Part shown: positions 62,126 to 64,000 of the stretch, in pieces
Numbering within the stretch: position 1 is the first letter of the stretch
How the letters are laid out: each line of letters opens with the position of its first letter
NCBI GenBank assembly: GCA_036513715.1
Contig: DATBYM010000071.1
Span: 12,630-76,629 of the forward strand
DNA from: Terriglobales bacterium
GTDB lineage: Bacteria > Acidobacteriota > Terriglobia > Terriglobales > Acidobacteriaceae
Direction: 5' to 3'
DNA length: 64,000 bases
Made by a program: the position numbers and the translations under genes
Notes under the pieces: model-generated
Seen by the model: the letters and a program-made list of their open reading frames with translations, nothing else
Database searches by the model: none
Told to the model about the DNA's origin: nothing

Positions 62126-62382
62126 TTTGGTATGTGCTCATAGGGCTAATCTCGGGGGTGATCGCGAAATCGGTCATGCACGTTCACATGACGATCTTCT
62201 GGACTGTCGTACTCGGCATCATCGGATCGATCATCGGCGGCGGCGTTAGCCACATGTTTTCGCGCCCGACAAACGAACGGTATCATCCTGCTGGCCTCAT
62301 TTTTTCCACGCTGGGCGCGATTCTGATTCTCTTCATTTGCTATAAGCTGAAGATTCATTTTCCCCAGGTCAACCCCTTCTGA
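62113..62382 (+). CDS. GlsB/YeaQ/YmgE (transglycosylase-associated) family stress-response membrane protein
   Basis: MFHLIWYVLIGLISGVIAKSVM..VVLGIIGSIIGGGV..STLGAILILFI.. GGAGAG sits 6 nt upstream. Confidence 0.85.
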   Translation: MFHLIWYVLIGLISGVIAKSVMHVHMTIFWTVVLGIIGSIIGGGVSHMFSRPTNERYHPAGLIFSTLGAILILFICYKLKIHFPQVNPF

Positions 62383-62528
62383 GATTCATCGAGGCCCGGC
62401 GTTACAACTGCATGGGCATGCGAGAGATCGAGAAAATCCTATCCAGGGGACTGCTGGTGATCCGGCAGCATAATCCCCGGCAGCGCAGCATCCTTACCGC
62501 ACTTTGGATCGACCGCATACGATGGGAC

Positions 62529-62726
62529 TCAGTTCATTGCGAGAAACCGCAAACATTCAGGGGATGGACTGAGATCGGGTCTGGTGATTTTGCTGGGACG
62601 TTTTTTGAGAGTCTTGACGTAACAGTCATCATGGAATGCTTGCCCGTTTTCATTAATCCTTGCAGTGATCAGCTCAACATGTTCGTTGCAGACGGGGCAG
62701 AGAGGGTAACGTGTGCGGATGGACAT
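62529..62726 (-). CDS. Small CxxC..HxxC zinc-binding protein (65 aa), hypothetical
   Basis: ATG 62726 sits 4 nt after GAGGTG. Sequence is MSIRTRYPLCPVCNEHVELITARINENGQAFHDDCYVKTLKKR.. The tracked 136-aa ORF extends further upstream. Confidence 0.45.
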   Translation of the reverse strand: MSIRTRYPLCPVCNEHVELITARINENGQAFHDDCYVKTLKKRPSKITRPDLSPSPECLRFLAMN

Positions 62727-63033
62727 GTCGCACCTCGAGGGAGAACAAGAATGAAATCTGGATGGGCCTGTGATTACACTAGCACAGAAGGACGTGGAAA
62801 GCCGATTAACGTCCCTCAGTAGTCTGGCAAAATATCTGCGCCTGTCAATACAGTACATTGGGTATTTCGAATCTGCATCGCACACCCAGAAATGAGCAGC
62901 AAACTTTACCTGGTCTTCCAACGCGATTCCAAACAGCAATCCTAAATAGTTGTTGCCTGATCACTTTCAGTCGAGGTCATTTGGCTTCGGAATTGCTTCC
63001 AAGAACAGTTCAGAAACAGTTTGGAGGTGACCC

Positions 63034-63225
63034 TTGCGAGCCGAATCCAGACAACGTTGCATAGAACTTTGCGGGCTGGCGATTGCTGAGCAAGACCCAA
63101 ATAAACTTCTATCCATAATCCAAGAACTAATTCAGAGATTGGAGGAGGATGATGAACGGCCTAGTAGAGTGACCAGCGTCACCCGCGCCCACGCACAAAC
63201 CTGTCGAGGATTGGTCCTCGCCTAA
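63034..63225 (+). CDS. Small helical protein, paralogue 3 of the same family
   Basis: TTG 63034 sits 4 nt after GGAGGTG. Sequence is MRAESRQRCIELCGLAIAEQDPNKLLSIIQELIQRLEEDD.. Confidence 0.55.
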   Translation: MRAESRQRCIELCGLAIAEQDPNKLLSIIQELIQRLEEDDERPSRVTSVTRAHAQTCRGLVLA

Positions 63226-63241
63226 AATCTATCAGGAGGTT

Positions 63242-63448
63242 ATGATGACAGCCCCAGCCCATGCCATCGAAGAGGAAATCCATCAACTCATTCGATTTCA
63301 CATCGAGATTTTCAGACAACCAACGCCCCTCAGTTCTTTCCAGCTTCAGGAGCATCGTCGCCGTTCGGAAAAGATCAGGTCGCTTGGCCGAGAGTTGGAT
63401 CGAATGGGCACGGTGAGGGTAGTGGAGCGATTGAAGAGTGCGTCTTAG
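63242..63448 (+). CDS. Small helical hypothetical protein (67-68 aa)
   Basis: AGGAGG lies immediately upstream of ATG 63242/63245. Sequence ..AIEEEIHQLIRFHIEIFRQPTPLSSFQLQEHRRRSEKIRSLGRELDRMG.. A GGGCC..GGCCC hairpin follows about 60 nt downstream. Confidence 0.5.
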   Translation: MMTAPAHAIEEEIHQLIRFHIEIFRQPTPLSSFQLQEHRRRSEKIRSLGRELDRMGTVRVVERLKSAS

Positions 63449-63537
63449 ATGGCCGGGCGCTCGCGGGTGTAATCGTCCCTTCCCCAAGAAACGAAGCATT
63501 CGAAACACCGGGCCTGGGCTCGGCCCGTTGCGGCATA

Positions 63538-63561
63538 TGGTGGAGCTAGTCGGGATCGAAC
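63538..63561 (-). other. Orphan tRNA 3'-end fragment (T-loop, 3' T-stem, 3' acceptor strand and CCA); att-site-like remnant
   Basis: Minus strand reads GTTCGATCCCGACTAGCTCCACCA. Upstream of the T-loop no complementary T-stem, anticodon or D arm is present, so this is not a functional tRNA. Confidence 0.6.
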
Positions 63562-63771
63562 TATTCATCCGTGTTGATAAAACGTAAGTTATTGATTCTT
63601 ATACTGGCGAGAAGGCCTCAAAAGTCACGATTCCTGACTATTGGTACGTTTTAGGTAAAGTGACTTACTTCGCACCTGAAGCATTACAAGAGTCCGTCGA
63701 ACCGCAGTCGTTCTTAATTTCCGAGTTGACAATAGGGGAGTTAGGATTTCAGTCGAGAACGTTCAAGGGCC

Positions 63772-64000
63772 TTATCGCGGCCGCGATGCCGGCGGCACCA
63801 TGTTGTTGGCGCGATAGTACACCACGAGCTGGCCATAGTGCTCGCCGCTGTCCTCGATGACGAACATTCCTTGCCCAGGTCAGGGCCGATGTTCGACCCG
63901 GAAACCGTCCGCATCAGGAGGTAATCGACCCCGGCGACGTGTAAAAGAGTTTGGGCAAAGGTGCGCTGGTCTTTCTGCACCTTGAAGTCGTATTTGTCCT
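63772..64000 (-). pseudogene. DinB-like (DinB_2/DUF664-type) protein gene, apparently frameshifted and shortened; runs off the window edge
   Basis: The frame reaching the edge reads ..DKYDFKVQKDQRTFAQTLLHVAGVDYLLMRTV..GPDLGKE. A different frame gives MFVIEDSGEHYGQLVVYYRANNMVPPASRPR* (stop at 63772). The two conserved His-motif regions are only about 30 aa apart. Confidence 0.45.

Noticed and set aside
62412-62822. 136-aa plus-strand ORF
   Set aside because: It has no SD and an implausible sequence. The opposite strand carries a 65-aa CxxC..HxxC ORF with GAGGTG at the correct spacing, which I prefer.
63179-63568. 129-aa minus-strand ORF
   Set aside because: It runs antisense through two SD-preceded plus-strand mini-genes and across the tRNA fragment. 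Its translation is Arg/Pro/Leu-rich.

Overview
This is a high-GC bacterial chromosomal segment. No search was run, so all family names rest on motifs I recognise in the translations. The gene content suggests Acidobacteriota (inference): a PEP-CTERM tail, a GloVer-type repeat protein, a Ser/Thr kinase fused to a TolB-like propeller, a CRTAC1/ASPIC gene paired with a TPR-multihaem gene, and GC-rich REP-like hairpins. I can support about 55 protein genes on both strands, mostly single genes or short operons. Examples are sdhCAB, truA, an aldehyde dehydrogenase, an acyl-CoA mutase large subunit, TolC, GT2, csp, an APC permease, ArsR-SRPBCC and MmyB-NTF2-SDR. I found no rRNA, no intact tRNA, no CRISPR array and no intact IS or prophage. 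Most of the window looks ordinary, and I do not see a convincing large novel multi-gene system. The best candidates for something undescribed are: (1) An AT-richer patch at about 59.6-63.8 kb. It is packed with very small SD-preceded ORFs, including three paralogues of one helical mini-protein, a 23-aa hydrophobic peptide, two zinc-ribbon mini-proteins and YeaQ/GlsB. Pseudogenes and an orphan tRNA 3'-end fragment bracket it. (2) A translationally coupled operon at 12.7-17.8 kb encoding a membrane-anchored pentahaem-TPR protein, a CRTAC1/ASPIC protein and a Rieske protein. (3) A roughly 80-aa N-terminal module shared by two otherwise unrelated proteins 48 kb apart. (4) A decayed csp copy with its terminator that, together with the intact csp, forms direct repeats around a permease gene. 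Many long ORFs in the track are antisense shadows typical of GC-rich DNA and were rejected.
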